Positions 1 to 9,544 of a stretch of DNA of 64,000 nt are shown here, in pieces; positions within the stretch are counted from its first letter, which is position 1, and the number at the start of each line of letters is the position of its first letter. This DNA comes from an uncultured Solirubrobacterales bacterium. Its GTDB lineage: Bacteria > Actinomycetota > Thermoleophilia > Solirubrobacterales > Solirubrobacteraceae. The notes under the pieces are model-generated. The model was given only the letters and a program-made list of their open reading frames with translations, was not told the origin of the DNA and did not search any database. The stretch spans positions 53,726 through 117,725 of the forward strand of contig CAVRPD010000001.1 of NCBI GenBank assembly GCA_963723075.1, read 5' to 3'. Both the position numbers and the translations under genes were made by a program.

Positions 1-473
1 TCGACGTTGTGGTGCACGCGCTGGATCCCCGCGTCTTTCAGCGCCTGCGCCCGTGCCGCGGACATGTGTCCGATCGAGGCGCAGCGCTTCAGGTTGGTGT
101 GCTCTGAGACGAGCTTCACCCCTTCGAGGTACTTCTCGAAGTCGCGCTTGCTCAGCCCCTGGCCCTGCGTGACCATGCAAAAGCGGTGTGCGCCCGCCGC
201 CTCGGCCGCGCGCGCGTGCTCGAGCACCTGCTCAGGATCCATCAGCGCGTGCATCGGCGTCTCCGCCTCGGCAAACCGCGACTGGGCGCAGAAGCCGCAG
301 TCCTCGGCGCAGCCGCCCGACTTGGCGTTGACCAGCGAGCACATGTCGGTCGAGTCCGCGAACCGCTCCACGCGCGCTTCCCACGCGCGCTCGATCAGCG
401 CTTCGATCTGCGCGTGATCCTCGAGCTCGCCCAGCGACAGGGCCTCCTCACGGGTTATGAGCGACGCTGACAT
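1..473 (-). CDS. bioB: Biotin synthase (radical SAM), N-terminal ~157 codons; gene runs off the left edge
   Basis: Own reverse-strand translation from ATG (complement of 471-473): MSASLITREEALSLGELEDH...SGGCAEDCGFCAQSRFAEAETPMH...RFCMVTQG. It has the CxxxCxxC radical-SAM box. The frame is open to nt 1, so it is absent from the ORF track. Confidence 0.85.
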   Translation of the reverse strand, partial: MSASLITREEALSLGELEDHAQIEALIERAWEARVERFADSTDMCSLVNAKSGGCAEDCGFCAQSRFAEAETPMHALMDPEQVLEHARAAEAAGAHRFCMVTQGQGLSKRDFEKYLEGVKLVSEHTNLKRCASIGHMSAARAQALKDAGIQRVHHNV

Positions 474-572
474 CTGCCGCACCTTATATGGCGCGCCGCG
501 GACGGCACTTCACGGTGTCCGCCCGCGCGCGACGGAGACTTCGAGGCGCGGCGGGTTTCGTCGCGCGCCTCG

Positions 573-1400
573 CTACTCCCCGCGCCAGCTCGGGGCCCGT
601 TTCTCGGCGAACGCACGGATCCCCTCGCGCATGTCCTGCGACGCGAACGACGCGGCGCGCAGCGCGATCAGCTCTCTTTCCACCTCGTCTGACAGCTCCC
701 CCTCGGCGTTCAGCAGCGCCGCGATCACGCGCTTGTTACCCGTCTGCGACAGCGGCGCGTTGCCCGCCAGCTCGCCCGCCAGCTCGAGCGCCGTGTCCTC
801 GAGCTCCGCCGCCGCCACGACACGATTGACGAGCCCCCAGCCGAGCGCCGTGGGCGCGTCGATGTAGCGGCCGAGCAGGAACAGCTCGCGTGTGCGCGCG
901 GCGCCGACCGTGTCGATGAAGCGCCGCATGCCCGTATGCGAGTAGACCAGCCCGAGCTTGGCCGGCGGCATGCCAAGCTTGATGTCGTCCTTGGCGACGC
1001 GCAAATCGCACGCCAGCGCCAGCTCCAGGCCGCCGCCGATCGTGTGGCCCGACAGCGCCGCCAGCGTGGGGTAGGGGCAGGCTTCGAGCGCTTCGATCGC
1101 TTCGGTGAACGGGTGCGCCACCAGGCGCTCGGCGCGCTGCTCGAACTCCTCGCCGGGGATCTCGCCGATGTCGTAGCCGGCGGAGAACATGCCGTGCGCG
1201 CCGGTGATCGTCACGCATCCCGCGCCCTCGCCGGTGTCCGTCAGCTCTGTCAGGGTGGCGGTGATCGCGTCCAGGATCGGATGGTCGAGCGCATTGCGCT
1301 TCTCCGGGTTTGAGATCGTCAGACGGACGACGCCGGCGCATGGCTCGTCGACGAGCAGCTTGCCGCCGGCCAGCTCACGTGGGGGAGCGCTGGGAGACAC
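573..1400 (-). CDS. Enoyl-CoA hydratase/isomerase (crotonase) family protein
   Basis: This is the C-terminal ~275 aa of ORF 573..2276, with 'NPEKRNAL', 'GGGLELALACDLRV' and 'FAEKRAPSWRG'. The upstream part of that ORF is an Arg/Gln-rich shadow of the MMPL gene. GTG at 1400 is taken as the start (uncertain). Confidence 0.8.
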   Translation of the reverse strand: MSPSAPPRELAGGKLLVDEPCAGVVRLTISNPEKRNALDHPILDAITATLTELTDTGEGAGCVTITGAHGMFSAGYDIGEIPGEEFEQRAERLVAHPFTEAIEALEACPYPTLAALSGHTIGGGLELALACDLRVAKDDIKLGMPPAKLGLVYSHTGMRRFIDTVGAARTRELFLLGRYIDAPTALGWGLVNRVVAAAELEDTALELAGELAGNAPLSQTGNKRVIAALLNAEGELSDEVERELIALRAASFASQDMREGIRAFAEKRAPSWRGE

Positions 1401-1517
1401 GGGAGCGCAAGGGTAGCGGTTGCTTGGCGCCCGACCCGCCTCGGCTCGGCGGATATCTTGACGCGAGCCCTCGCCGATGCTCCCCCGTGCCGGCCGACAA
1501 GTTAGGATTGGGATGAG

Positions 1518-3863
1518 TTGGCCTCCTCGACAGACCAACGCTCCTCGGGTGGGGATCGAGCACGCGAGCCGCGCGCGGCGCAGTCGTCGCTGCTCTATCG
1601 CTGGGGTGCGACGATCGCTCGCCACAGACGGTTCGTGCTCGTGCTCGGCGTGGTCGTGCTCGTCTGCTCCGTGCTGCTCTACCCGCGGCTCGAAAGCGCG
1701 TTGAACGCGCCCGAATACGGCGTGAAGGGGACCGACTCCTCGCGCGTCGAAGCGCTGCTCGAAAAGCGCTTCCCCGGCGTCGGCAGCGAGGACGACGGGC
1801 TCGTGTTCTACTCCCCCCACCGGCTCGCGAGCGCAAGCGCCTTCCACCAGGTGGTCGCCGCGGTGCTCGCGGTGGCCAGCCGCCAGCCCGGCGTGCGCAA
1901 CGTGCTGAGCCCGTACGATCCGAACTCGGTCGGGCAGATCTCCTCCGACGAACACGCGGCGGTCGCGGCGCTCACGCTCGGCGGCTCCACCCACCAGCGC
2001 TTCGTCCGCGCCCGCACGATGCAGGCCGCCGTCGGGCAGGAGGCGCGCGACGGCGTCCACGTGTGGCTGACCGGCTTCTCGCCGATCGCGCGGGATCTCA
2101 GCGACGTCGAGCGGACCGACACCGAGCGGGCCGAGGCGATCGGCGTGCCGGTGGCCCTCGCGATCCTGCTGTTCGCGCTGGGCACGGCGGTCGCGGCGCT
2201 GGCGCCGCTGCTGATGGCCGGCGCCGGGCTGCTGCTCACCTACGGCGCGCTGGCGCTGCTCACCTCGCTGTTTCACTTCGACAACCTGCTGCTCGCGATC
2301 GTGACGATGATCGGCGTCGGCATCGGCATCGACTACGGGCTGTTCATCGTCAGCCGCTTCCGCGAGGAGCTCGCGCGCTCCGAGCGGGCGCTCGGCTTAC
2401 AGGCACATGGCGGCAACGCGACATCGGGCGACGCGGAGGACGCCGGCGGGGGGCGGGCCCTCGGCGGCGGACAGACGCGCGGGGAGGAGCGCGACCGGGT
2501 GACCGACGCCGTCGCCACCGCGCTTGCGACATCCGGCCGCACGATCCTCTTCTCGGGGGCGATCGTCGCGCTGGCGCTGGCGTCTTTGCTCGTCGTCGAC
2601 TCGCCGATCTTCCGCGAGGTCGCCGTCGGCTCGGTGACGGTCGTTGCGTGCATGCTGATCGTCGCGACGACGTTGTTGCCCGCACTGCTTGCCCAGCTCG
2701 GCGCCGGCATCAATCGCGGGGCGCTCCCCGCGCGCTTCCATCCGGCGGACGCGCGGGCGCAAGGGGGCGGCGCGCGCGGGGGGTGGGCGCGGTGGGCGCT
2801 GTTGATCATGCGCCGCCCGGTCTCGGCGGCGATCCTCGCGGCCGGCGTCCTGATCCTGGTTGCGATCCCCGTGACCGGCTTGCGCTACGGGATCAACCTG
2901 GGCGTTCTCTCGGTGTCGAGCACCGCCTCCGGCAAAGGCGAGAGCGTGCTCGCGCGCTCGTTCAGCCCGGGCGCCGTGGCCCCGATCCAGGTCGTCCTCA
3001 CGAGCGCCGACGGCTCGCGCGACAGTGCGGTCACGGCGGGCGCCGCGAAGCTGACCCAGGAGCTGGAAGGCGATCACCACGTCACGGGCGTGGCCGAACG
3101 CAGCAGCTCTTACGGCGTGCTGTTGACCGTCGTCTCCGCCGCCCGCATCGACTCGCCTGCGACCGTCGCGCTCGTGCGACACATCCGCCGCGACCTCGCG
3201 CCCCCGATTCACGCCCACGGCGGCCCGACGGTGCTCGTCGGCGGCGCCACGGCGATCACGGTCGACTTCTCCGCGGAGATGCGCTCGAACCTGCCGCTGG
3301 TGGTGGGGCTGATCCTCGGCCTCTCGCTGCTCTGCCTGTTGGGCGCCTTCCGCTCGATCGTGCTCCCGCTCAAGGCCGTCCTCATGAACCTGCTCGTCAC
3401 CGGCGCGGCGCTGGGGCTCGTCGTGTGGATCTTCCAACAGGGCCACGGCGAGCATCTATTGCACTTCACCAACCCGGGCTTCATCCAAGCCTACGTGCCG
3501 CTCGGCATGTTCGCGCTGCTGTTCGGCCTGTCGATGGACTACGAGATCTTCCTGATCCGGCGCGTGCGCGAGGAGTGGCGCCGGACGCACGACAACCGGC
3601 TCGCGGTAGCGACCGGGATCGAGCACACGGCGCGCCCGATCTCGGCGGCGGCGGCGATCATGGTTGCCGTCTTCGGCAGCTTCCTCAGCGCGAACCTCCT
3701 GGAACTCAAACAGATCGGCTTCGCCCTGGCCGTTGCGATCGCGCTCGACGCGAGCCTCGTCAGGCTGATCCTCGTGCCCGCGACCATGCGTCTGCTGGGC
3801 AGGTGGAATTGGTGGTTGCCCGGTCCGCTGGAGCGGGCGCTGCCCGACGTCGAGGCCGACTGA
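1518..3863 (+). CDS. MMPL/RND-superfamily membrane transporter
   Basis: 781 aa with two hydrophobic multi-helix bundles separated by soluble loops. The N-terminus 'YRWGATIARHRRFVLVLGVVVLV' and the segment 'MDYEIFLIRRVREEW' are typical of MMPL proteins. The TTG start is uncertain. Confidence 0.85.
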   Translation: MASSTDQRSSGGDRAREPRAAQSSLLYRWGATIARHRRFVLVLGVVVLVCSVLLYPRLESALNAPEYGVKGTDSSRVEALLEKRFPGVGSEDDGLVFYSPHRLASASAFHQVVAAVLAVASRQPGVRNVLSPYDPNSVGQISSDEHAAVAALTLGGSTHQRFVRARTMQAAVGQEARDGVHVWLTGFSPIARDLSDVERTDTERAEAIGVPVALAILLFALGTAVAALAPLLMAGAGLLLTYGALALLTSLFHFDNLLLAIVTMIGVGIGIDYGLFIVSRFREELARSERALGLQAHGGNATSGDAEDAGGGRALGGGQTRGEERDRVTDAVATALATSGRTILFSGAIVALALASLLVVDSPIFREVAVGSVTVVACMLIVATTLLPALLAQLGAGINRGALPARFHPADARAQGGGARGGWARWALLIMRRPVSAAILAAGVLILVAIPVTGLRYGINLGVLSVSSTASGKGESVLARSFSPGAVAPIQVVLTSADGSRDSAVTAGAAKLTQELEGDHHVTGVAERSSSYGVLLTVVSAARIDSPATVALVRHIRRDLAPPIHAHGGPTVLVGGATAITVDFSAEMRSNLPLVVGLILGLSLLCLLGAFRSIVLPLKAVLMNLLVTGAALGLVVWIFQQGHGEHLLHFTNPGFIQAYVPLGMFALLFGLSMDYEIFLIRRVREEWRRTHDNRLAVATGIEHTARPISAAAAIMVAVFGSFLSANLLELKQIGFALAVAIALDASLVRLILVPATMRLLGRWNWWLPGPLERALPDVEAD

Positions 3864-3937
3864 GGACTGCCGAGCTCGAGTGAAGCTGCCCGTTATCGAG
3901 GCGGGCTGAGATTTCGAGGCGGCGAAGCTCTGCTGAG

Positions 3938-4153
3938 CTACTCGAGCACGACGAGCGCGTCACCCTCGTTGACGGCCTGACCCTCCGCACAGAGGATCTC
4001 GCTGACGACGCCGGAGTCCTCCGCCTCGACCGGCATCTCCATCTTCATCGACTCGAGGATCGCGACCGTGTCGCCCTCCTCGATCCGATCGCCGACCGCG
4101 CACTCGATCTTCCACACGGTTCCTGTGATGTGAGCCTCTACCCGGGTCGCCAT
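3938..4153 (-). CDS. Stand-alone biotinyl/lipoyl carrier domain protein (BCCP-like, 71 aa)
   Basis: MATRVEAHITGTVWKIECAVGDRIEEGDTVAILESMKMEMPVEAE..., with an (E/A)xMKM biotinylation motif. The internal ATG at 4153 is preferred over the ORF-track start. Confidence 0.8.
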   Translation of the reverse strand: MATRVEAHITGTVWKIECAVGDRIEEGDTVAILESMKMEMPVEAEDSGVVSEILCAEGQAVNEGDALVVLE

Positions 4154-4201
4154 GACGAGCGAGAAGATACCCGAGCCACCGGCGGCTCGCACACATACCG
4201 G

Positions 4202-5053
4202 CTACCGGCGGCTCGTCCGCGACGACGGGCACGGCACGGTGCGCCTGCTCGCGACCGTGTCGCCGTCCTGGAAGCGCAGCACCGCGCGGAACGGGAAGCC
4301 CCCGCGGGGGCACTTCGCGGGAATCGCCACGCCCTGCGGGTGATAGCCCACGGTGCGTTCGTGCACGACCTTCTCATAGCGCAGGCCCGGGGGATCGATG
4401 TTCAGCTTCATCGCCGTCATCGCGGCGTCGTCCGCGCCGGGCAGCGTGGCGGTCACCGGCACGGTGCTCGCCAGCCGCTCGCCGAACACGCCGGAGTCGG
4501 GCAGCAACTCGCCCGGCAGGATCAGCTGCGCGAGGATCGGCGTCTTGGCTTCGGCGTACAGGAGCGTCACCACCTGTTCGTGCACGGGCGGCCCCATCAC
4601 GGCGACGATGTTGGCATGCTCCCGCACGAGTTCAGGGCCGAACGGCACCGTCACGATCGCGCTCCCTGATCCGATCTGCGCGTTGGCGGGGCAGTCTTCC
4701 GGGCCGCCGGCGGCGAGGACGGCCGCGCTGCAAATTGCCAGCCCCAGCGAGCTCGAGCCGATTTCGGCGCCGGCCGGGAGATACAGCTCGAAGCTCGTCA
4801 CCGGCGAGGGCGTCGTGCCGGCGGCGGCGTCTGCGATCTGCAGTTCGGTTGCGATCGAGGCGTATGCGCCGAGCCGGTCGGGCACGAACGACACGCTCAG
4901 CCGCACATGCTCGCTCGCGCCGCTTGCCGACACGCCCGCCGGCCACCCGAGGACCGCCGTCAGCAGAACTGCCGTCAGCAGGACCGCCGCCAGCAGCGCC
5001 CGAGTAGGCCGGTTGCTACAGGCGCACGTTGCCGTGCAGCTGCGCCTTGACAC
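4202..5053 (-). CDS. Secreted hypothetical protein
   Basis: 283-aa ORF with a hydrophobic N-terminal signal-like segment (LLAAVLLTAVLLTAVLGWPAGVSASGA) and non-shadow composition. The GTG start overlaps the upstream gene by 38 nt, so the start is uncertain. Confidence 0.6.
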   Translation of the reverse strand: MSRRSCTATCACSNRPTRALLAAVLLTAVLLTAVLGWPAGVSASGASEHVRLSVSFVPDRLGAYASIATELQIADAAAGTTPSPVTSFELYLPAGAEIGSSSLGLAICSAAVLAAGGPEDCPANAQIGSGSAIVTVPFGPELVREHANIVAVMGPPVHEQVVTLLYAEAKTPILAQLILPGELLPDSGVFGERLASTVPVTATLPGADDAAMTAMKLNIDPPGLRYEKVVHERTVGYHPQGVAIPAKCPRGGFPFRAVLRFQDGDTVASRRTVPCPSSRTSRR

Positions 5054-5513
5054 GGAAGTTCTGCCGATCCAGCGTGCCGCTGAAGTGCAAGCCCGAGCCG
5101 GAGGCGTGCGCGTAGCTGCCGCTGCCGCCGGTGATCGTCATGCTGCCTTCGAAGTACGCCGTCGGGCCCACCACGTGCCCGCGCGTCGGCGCACGGCCAC
5201 TGAGCGTGCCTTTGCTCAGATACAGTGTGATCGTGGCTTGCCCGTTGTTGGAGGCGATCGTTTCGACATGGGCCGTCATCGTGCCGGACAGCGTCCCCGT
5301 CACCTGGCCCTTCTCGACGAACGAGTGCCCGGGAGGGCCGAAGCGCGTCCCGTTCAGCGACTCGTTCAGCGACGTCTCACTCGACGCCGCCGTGGTGCGT
5401 GGGGGCGGCTGCTGGGCCGCCGCGGCGCTCGCCCCTCCGGCGACGCTCAAAGCCAGCACGGACGCGAGCATCACCCGTGTGGATTTCCGCCTTCTCGACA
5501 AGTCGATACCCAT
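5016..5513 (-). CDS. Secreted hypothetical protein (165 aa)
   Basis: This is the C-terminal part of ORF 5016..6005, starting at MGIDLSRRRKSTRVMLASVLALSVAGGASAAAA (signal peptide). It has a Gly/Thr/Ser-rich beta-like body. The upstream part of the ORF is Arg-rich shadow. Confidence 0.6.
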   Translation of the reverse strand: MGIDLSRRRKSTRVMLASVLALSVAGGASAAAAQQPPPRTTAASSETSLNESLNGTRFGPPGHSFVEKGQVTGTLSGTMTAHVETIASNNGQATITLYLSKGTLSGRAPTRGHVVGPTAYFEGSMTITGGSGSYAHASGSGLHFSGTLDRQNFRVKAQLHGNVRL

Positions 5514-5593
5514 TTGACCCCTCCTCCTCAGACGCCGTCGTCGATCGCCGCGTGCCGTGATTTGCGTCGTGTTTGCACCGTAGCAGCAACCGT

Positions 5594-6379
5594 ATGAGCA
5601 GTGACGAGGTCGCTCGCGCGGACGATGTCGCGGTGATCGTCGCCGCCTGCGAGGAGGCGGAGCGCATCTCCTCCACGCTGATCGCGCTCGCGCGTGCGTT
5701 TCCCGGCGCCGAGGTGTGGGTGGCCGACGACGGCTCCACCGACGCCACGCCCGCGCTCGCGCGCGCCGCGGGCGCGCGCGTGGTGCGCAGCGAGCTGACG
5801 ATCGGCAAGGGCGAGATGGTGACACGGGCCGCTCGCGATGCTCTCCGTGAGGCTTCCTCACGTGCGCGCGCGCCCGCGCGCGCGGGCAGCGTCTCTGACA
5901 CATACACAGATCGAGCGTCCGCCCTGAGCGTCGAGCGGGCCGATGGCGGGCCGATCTTCGTCCTCTGCGACGGCGACCTCGGCGAGTCGGCCGCGAGCCT
6001 CGCACCGCTCGTCGACGCCGTGCGACGCGAGGCGGGGGATCTGGCGGTGGCGAGGTTCGCCCGCCGCGTCGGCGGCGGCGTCGGGCTCGCCGTCGGCTTC
6101 GCGCGCTTTGCGATTCGCCGGCGGTGCGGGCTGCACGCGCAGGCGCCGATCTCCGGACAGCGGGCGTTGCGTGCCCACACGTTGGAGCAGACGCTGCCGT
6201 TCGCGCACGGCTTCGGGATGGAGATCGGCATGACGATCGACGCGGTACGCGCCGGCCTGCGCGTCGTCGAGGTCGAGCTCGACCTCACCCATCGCGCCAC
6301 CGGGCGCACGCTCGGCGGGTTCCTCCACCGCGGCCGCCAGCTGCTCGACTTCGTGCGTGTCTACCTCGCGCGGCGCTGA
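5594..6379 (+). CDS. Family 2 glycosyltransferase-like protein
   Basis: 'VAVIVAACEEAERISSTL...VWVADDGSTD' (GT-A fold DxD-type region) and 'VLCDGDL'. ATG at 5594 lies inside ORF 5573..6379. Confidence 0.65.
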   Translation: MSSDEVARADDVAVIVAACEEAERISSTLIALARAFPGAEVWVADDGSTDATPALARAAGARVVRSELTIGKGEMVTRAARDALREASSRARAPARAGSVSDTYTDRASALSVERADGGPIFVLCDGDLGESAASLAPLVDAVRREAGDLAVARFARRVGGGVGLAVGFARFAIRRRCGLHAQAPISGQRALRAHTLEQTLPFAHGFGMEIGMTIDAVRAGLRVVEVELDLTHRATGRTLGGFLHRGRQLLDFVRVYLARR

Positions 6380-6396
6380 GACCCTACGCTCAGCGC

Positions 6397-7911
6397 ATGA
6401 TCCTCGCCATCGATCAGGGCACCACGGGGACGACCTGCATCGTGTTCGACGAGCGCGCCGAGCCGATCGGCCGCGCCCATCGCGAGATCACTGCCCACTT
6501 CCCGCGCCCCGGCTGGGTCGAGCACGACGCGGGCGAGATCTGGGCGGTCACCCAGGCGGTCGCCGGTGAGGCGCTCGCGGACGCGTGCGTGCGCGCGGGC
6601 GAGCTCGCCGCCGTCGGGATCTCAAACCAGCGCGAGACCGTCTGCGTGTGGGACCCGGCGAGCGGGGAGCCGCTGCACCGCGCGATCGTCTGGCAGGACC
6701 GGCGCACCACCGCGCGCTGCGAAGAGCTGCGCGCCGGCGGGCACGAGGGGCTCGTGCGCGCGCGCACCGGTCTCGTGCTCGACCCGTACTTCTCCGCCAC
6801 CAAGATCGAGTGGCTGCTCGACAACGTCGACGGGCTGCGCGAGCGCGCGCGCGCCGGCACGGCGGTGTTCGGCACGGTCGACTCCTGGCTGATCTTCAAG
6901 CTCACCGGCGAGCACCTCACCGACGTCTCCAACGCGTCCAGAACGATGCTCTTCGACATCGCCGCCTGCCGCTGGGACCCGGCGCTGCTCGACCTGTTCT
7001 CCGTACCCGAGCGGGCGCTCCCTCGCGTGCGGGCGACCGCGGGCGTTCTCGGCCCGACGCGACCCGCGGCGCTGCATGGCCACGCGGCCCCCGTCGCGGG
7101 CGTCGCGGGCGATCAGCAGGCGGCGCTGTTCGGCCACGCGTGCGTCGATCCGGGCATGGGCAAGAGCACCTACGGCACGGGCTCGTTCGTGCTGCTCAAC
7201 ACCGGCTTCGCCCCGCCCGCGGAGCCACCGCCAGGGCTGCTCGCGACCGTCGCCTGGGGGATCGGCCCTGCCCCTCCCGCCGGCTCGATCGCCTACGCGC
7301 TCGAGGCGTCGATCTTCGTCACCGGCGCCGCCGTGCAATGGCTGCGCGACGGGCTCGGCGTGATCGCGCGCGCCGAGGAGACCGAGGCGCTCGCGGCCTC
7401 GCTGGACGGCAACGACGGCGTCTACTTCGTGCCGGCCCTCACCGGCCTGGGCTCGCCGCACTGGGACCCGCACGCGCGCGGCACGATCGTGGGACTGACG
7501 CGGGGCGCCGGTCGCGCGCACCTTGCGCGCGCGACGCTCGAGGCGATCGCCTACCAGACCGTCGATGCCGTGCGCGCGATGGAGGGGGCCGCGGGACAGC
7601 CGCTCGGCGAGCTGCGCGCCGACGGCGGGGCGAGCGCGAACGGCTGGCTGATGCAGTTCCAGGCCGACGTGCTCGGCGTTCCCGTCGCTGTCGCGCACGG
7701 CGCCGAGACGACCGCGCTCGGCGCCGCCTATCTGGCCGGCGTGGGTGTGGGCGCGTGGACGGTCAGCGACCTCCTCGCGCGCGCGCGCGAGGAGGAGCCC
7801 GGGCGACGCTATGAGCCGCGGATGGGCGCCGAGCAGCGCGCGACCCTGCTCGCGGGCTGGAGCGACGCGCTGGCCCGCGCGCGCGGCGGTCGGTCGGTCG
7901 GGGGCGAGTGA
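6397..7911 (+). CDS. glpK: Glycerol kinase
   Basis: MILAIDQGTTGTTCIVFD..., 'GISNQRETVCVWD', 'IVWQDRRT', 'YFSATKIEWLL' and 'STYGTGSFVLLNTG' are classical FGGY/GlpK motifs. ATG at 6397 lies within ORF 6124..7911. Confidence 0.93.
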   Translation: MILAIDQGTTGTTCIVFDERAEPIGRAHREITAHFPRPGWVEHDAGEIWAVTQAVAGEALADACVRAGELAAVGISNQRETVCVWDPASGEPLHRAIVWQDRRTTARCEELRAGGHEGLVRARTGLVLDPYFSATKIEWLLDNVDGLRERARAGTAVFGTVDSWLIFKLTGEHLTDVSNASRTMLFDIAACRWDPALLDLFSVPERALPRVRATAGVLGPTRPAALHGHAAPVAGVAGDQQAALFGHACVDPGMGKSTYGTGSFVLLNTGFAPPAEPPPGLLATVAWGIGPAPPAGSIAYALEASIFVTGAAVQWLRDGLGVIARAEETEALAASLDGNDGVYFVPALTGLGSPHWDPHARGTIVGLTRGAGRAHLARATLEAIAYQTVDAVRAMEGAAGQPLGELRADGGASANGWLMQFQADVLGVPVAVAHGAETTALGAAYLAGVGVGAWTVSDLLARAREEEPGRRYEPRMGAEQRATLLAGWSDALARARGGRSVGGE

Positions 7912-7995
7912 CCGCGAGAGCGCGACCGGGTGCGAATGAGAACGAGAGCTCGACCGGGGCGTAACCTTGGCGCGCCGGTGAGGTAAACACGCCAG

Positions 7996-8784
7996 ATGAG
8001 CGATCTCGCCCCGATGCGCGAGCAGGTCTACGCCGACCCCCGGCCGAAGGAGCACTTCGACCGCTTTCACGAGCGCTCGCGCACGCGCGAGCCCGACTGG
8101 GCGTATGAGCTCACGCGCACGATCACCTCGCTGTACGCGTACGCGTTCCTGCGCACGCGCGCGATCTCCACGGAGAAGGTGCCGGGCGCGGGCGCGGTGA
8201 TCCTCGCGCCGAACCATTTCTCGTTCATGGACCACTTCCTGATGGGCTGCTACATCCGGCGCAAGGTCCGCTTCATGGCCAAGTCGCAGTTGTTCAAACC
8301 GGGACCGATGCAATACATCTACACCCATGGCGGCGTCTTCCCGGTGCGCCGCGGCGCGCGCGACGAGGAGACGTTCATCACCGCCGAGACGATCCTCGCG
8401 CGCGGCGGCGCGATCACGATGTACTGCGAGGGCGGGCGCTCGCGCACCGGCAACGTCGCCGAGCAGGCCAAGCGCGGGATCGGGCGCCTCGCCCTGGAGA
8501 CCGGCGCGCCGGTCGTGCCGATCGCGATCCACGGCTCCTCGCGCATTCGCAACTGGAAGCGGTTGCAGTTCCCCAAGGTCACCGTCCAGTACGGGGACGC
8601 GCTGCGCTGGGAGCGCACCGAGCATCCCACCCGCGAGCAGCAGCAGGAGGTGGCGGATGAGATCCTCACGCAGATCCGCGCGCTCTACGCCGGCCTCGAG
8701 GAGCACGGCCGCAAGGGCGTCCTCGAGCGCGTGCGCGAGCAGCGTCGGTCCCGTCGCGTATCGTTCGGGCCCACGCCGGAATAA
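7996..8784 (+). CDS. plsC: 1-acyl-sn-glycerol-3-phosphate acyltransferase family protein
   Basis: HX4D motif 'NHFSFMD', plus 'FPVRRG' and 'YCEGGRSRTG' blocks of the PlsC/LPLAT family. Confidence 0.85.
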   Translation: MSDLAPMREQVYADPRPKEHFDRFHERSRTREPDWAYELTRTITSLYAYAFLRTRAISTEKVPGAGAVILAPNHFSFMDHFLMGCYIRRKVRFMAKSQLFKPGPMQYIYTHGGVFPVRRGARDEETFITAETILARGGAITMYCEGGRSRTGNVAEQAKRGIGRLALETGAPVVPIAIHGSSRIRNWKRLQFPKVTVQYGDALRWERTEHPTREQQQEVADEILTQIRALYAGLEEHGRKGVLERVREQRRSRRVSFGPTPE

Positions 8785-8838
8785 TGGCTTGAACCCTTAG
8801 CTCGCCGTCACCAGCAAGCGACTCCCGGGAGGAGCGTC

Positions 8839-9543
8839 ATGAGCCGTTCGATCGATGTCGGTTCGGTCATCAGCCGCACGTTCAGCATCTACGCCGACCA
8901 GGCCTCGGTGCTGCTGCCGGCCGCGGCCGCCGTGTTCATCGTGATCGGGGTGATCACCGCCCTGCTCGTCGTGATCGCGCCGGTCCTCGCGATCCTCGCG
9001 TTCGTCGTGATCCTCGTCGGCACGACGCTGTACACGGGCATGGTGGTCGAGCTCGTGGCCGACGTCCAGGATGGACGCCGCGATGCAACCGTCGGCCAGT
9101 TGCTCAATGCGGCGACGCCGGTGATCGGCCAGCTGATCCTGGTCGGGATCGTCACCGGCATCGGGATCGCGATCGGCTTCGTCCTGATCATCGTTCCCGG
9201 GCTGATCCTGATCACGATCTGGTCGGTGGTCGCGCCGATAGTCGTGCTCGAGCGCCCGGGTGGCCTTGCGCCGCTGGGGCGCAGCCGCGAGCTCGTGCGG
9301 GGCAACGGCTGGCAGGTGTTCGGGGTGATCGCCGTGCTCGTGATCGGCGTCGGCATCGTCTCCGCGATCATCGAGGCGGCCGCCGGCTCGGGCGGCACGG
9401 GCGTCGGCATCGTCGTACGGGTGATCGTCGAGATCTTGACGGCGCCGCTGTCGGCGCTCGCCGCCGCGGTGCTCTACTTCGAGCTGCGCGGCCCCACCGC
9501 CGAGGCCACGCCCGGAGAGCGGGCGGTCGAGGGGACTCTCTGA
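8839..9543 (+). CDS. Integral membrane protein of unknown function
   Basis: 234 aa with about 5-6 strongly hydrophobic helices. The composition is not shadow-like. Confidence 0.7.
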   Translation: MSRSIDVGSVISRTFSIYADQASVLLPAAAAVFIVIGVITALLVVIAPVLAILAFVVILVGTTLYTGMVVELVADVQDGRRDATVGQLLNAATPVIGQLILVGIVTGIGIAIGFVLIIVPGLILITIWSVVAPIVVLERPGGLAPLGRSRELVRGNGWQVFGVIAVLVIGVGIVSAIIEAAAGSGGTGVGIVVRVIVEILTAPLSALAAAVLYFELRGPTAEATPGERAVEGTL

Positions 9544-9544
9544 T

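Noticed and set aside
573-2276. Full 567-aa reading of the crotonase ORF (and the similar 5016..6005, 13946..15694, 20898..22232, 24363..25475, 31051..32280, 41897..42871 and 55611..57614 extensions)
   Set aside because: The N-terminal extensions are Arg/Pro/Gln-rich, overlap neighbouring real genes and precede obvious internal starts. I trimmed them to the domain-supported starts.
2063-3883. 606-aa plus-strand ORF overlapping the MMPL gene in another frame (also 2397..3455 on the minus strand)
   Set aside because: It is an Arg/Pro/Gly/Ala low-complexity translation. The in-frame MMPL reading (1518..3863) shows proper TM helices.
6622-8706. 694-aa minus-strand ORF spanning glpK and plsC
   Set aside because: It is extremely Arg/Ala/Gly/Asp-rich with no motifs and lies antisense to two genes that have unmistakable motifs. 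This is a typical high-GC shadow ORF.
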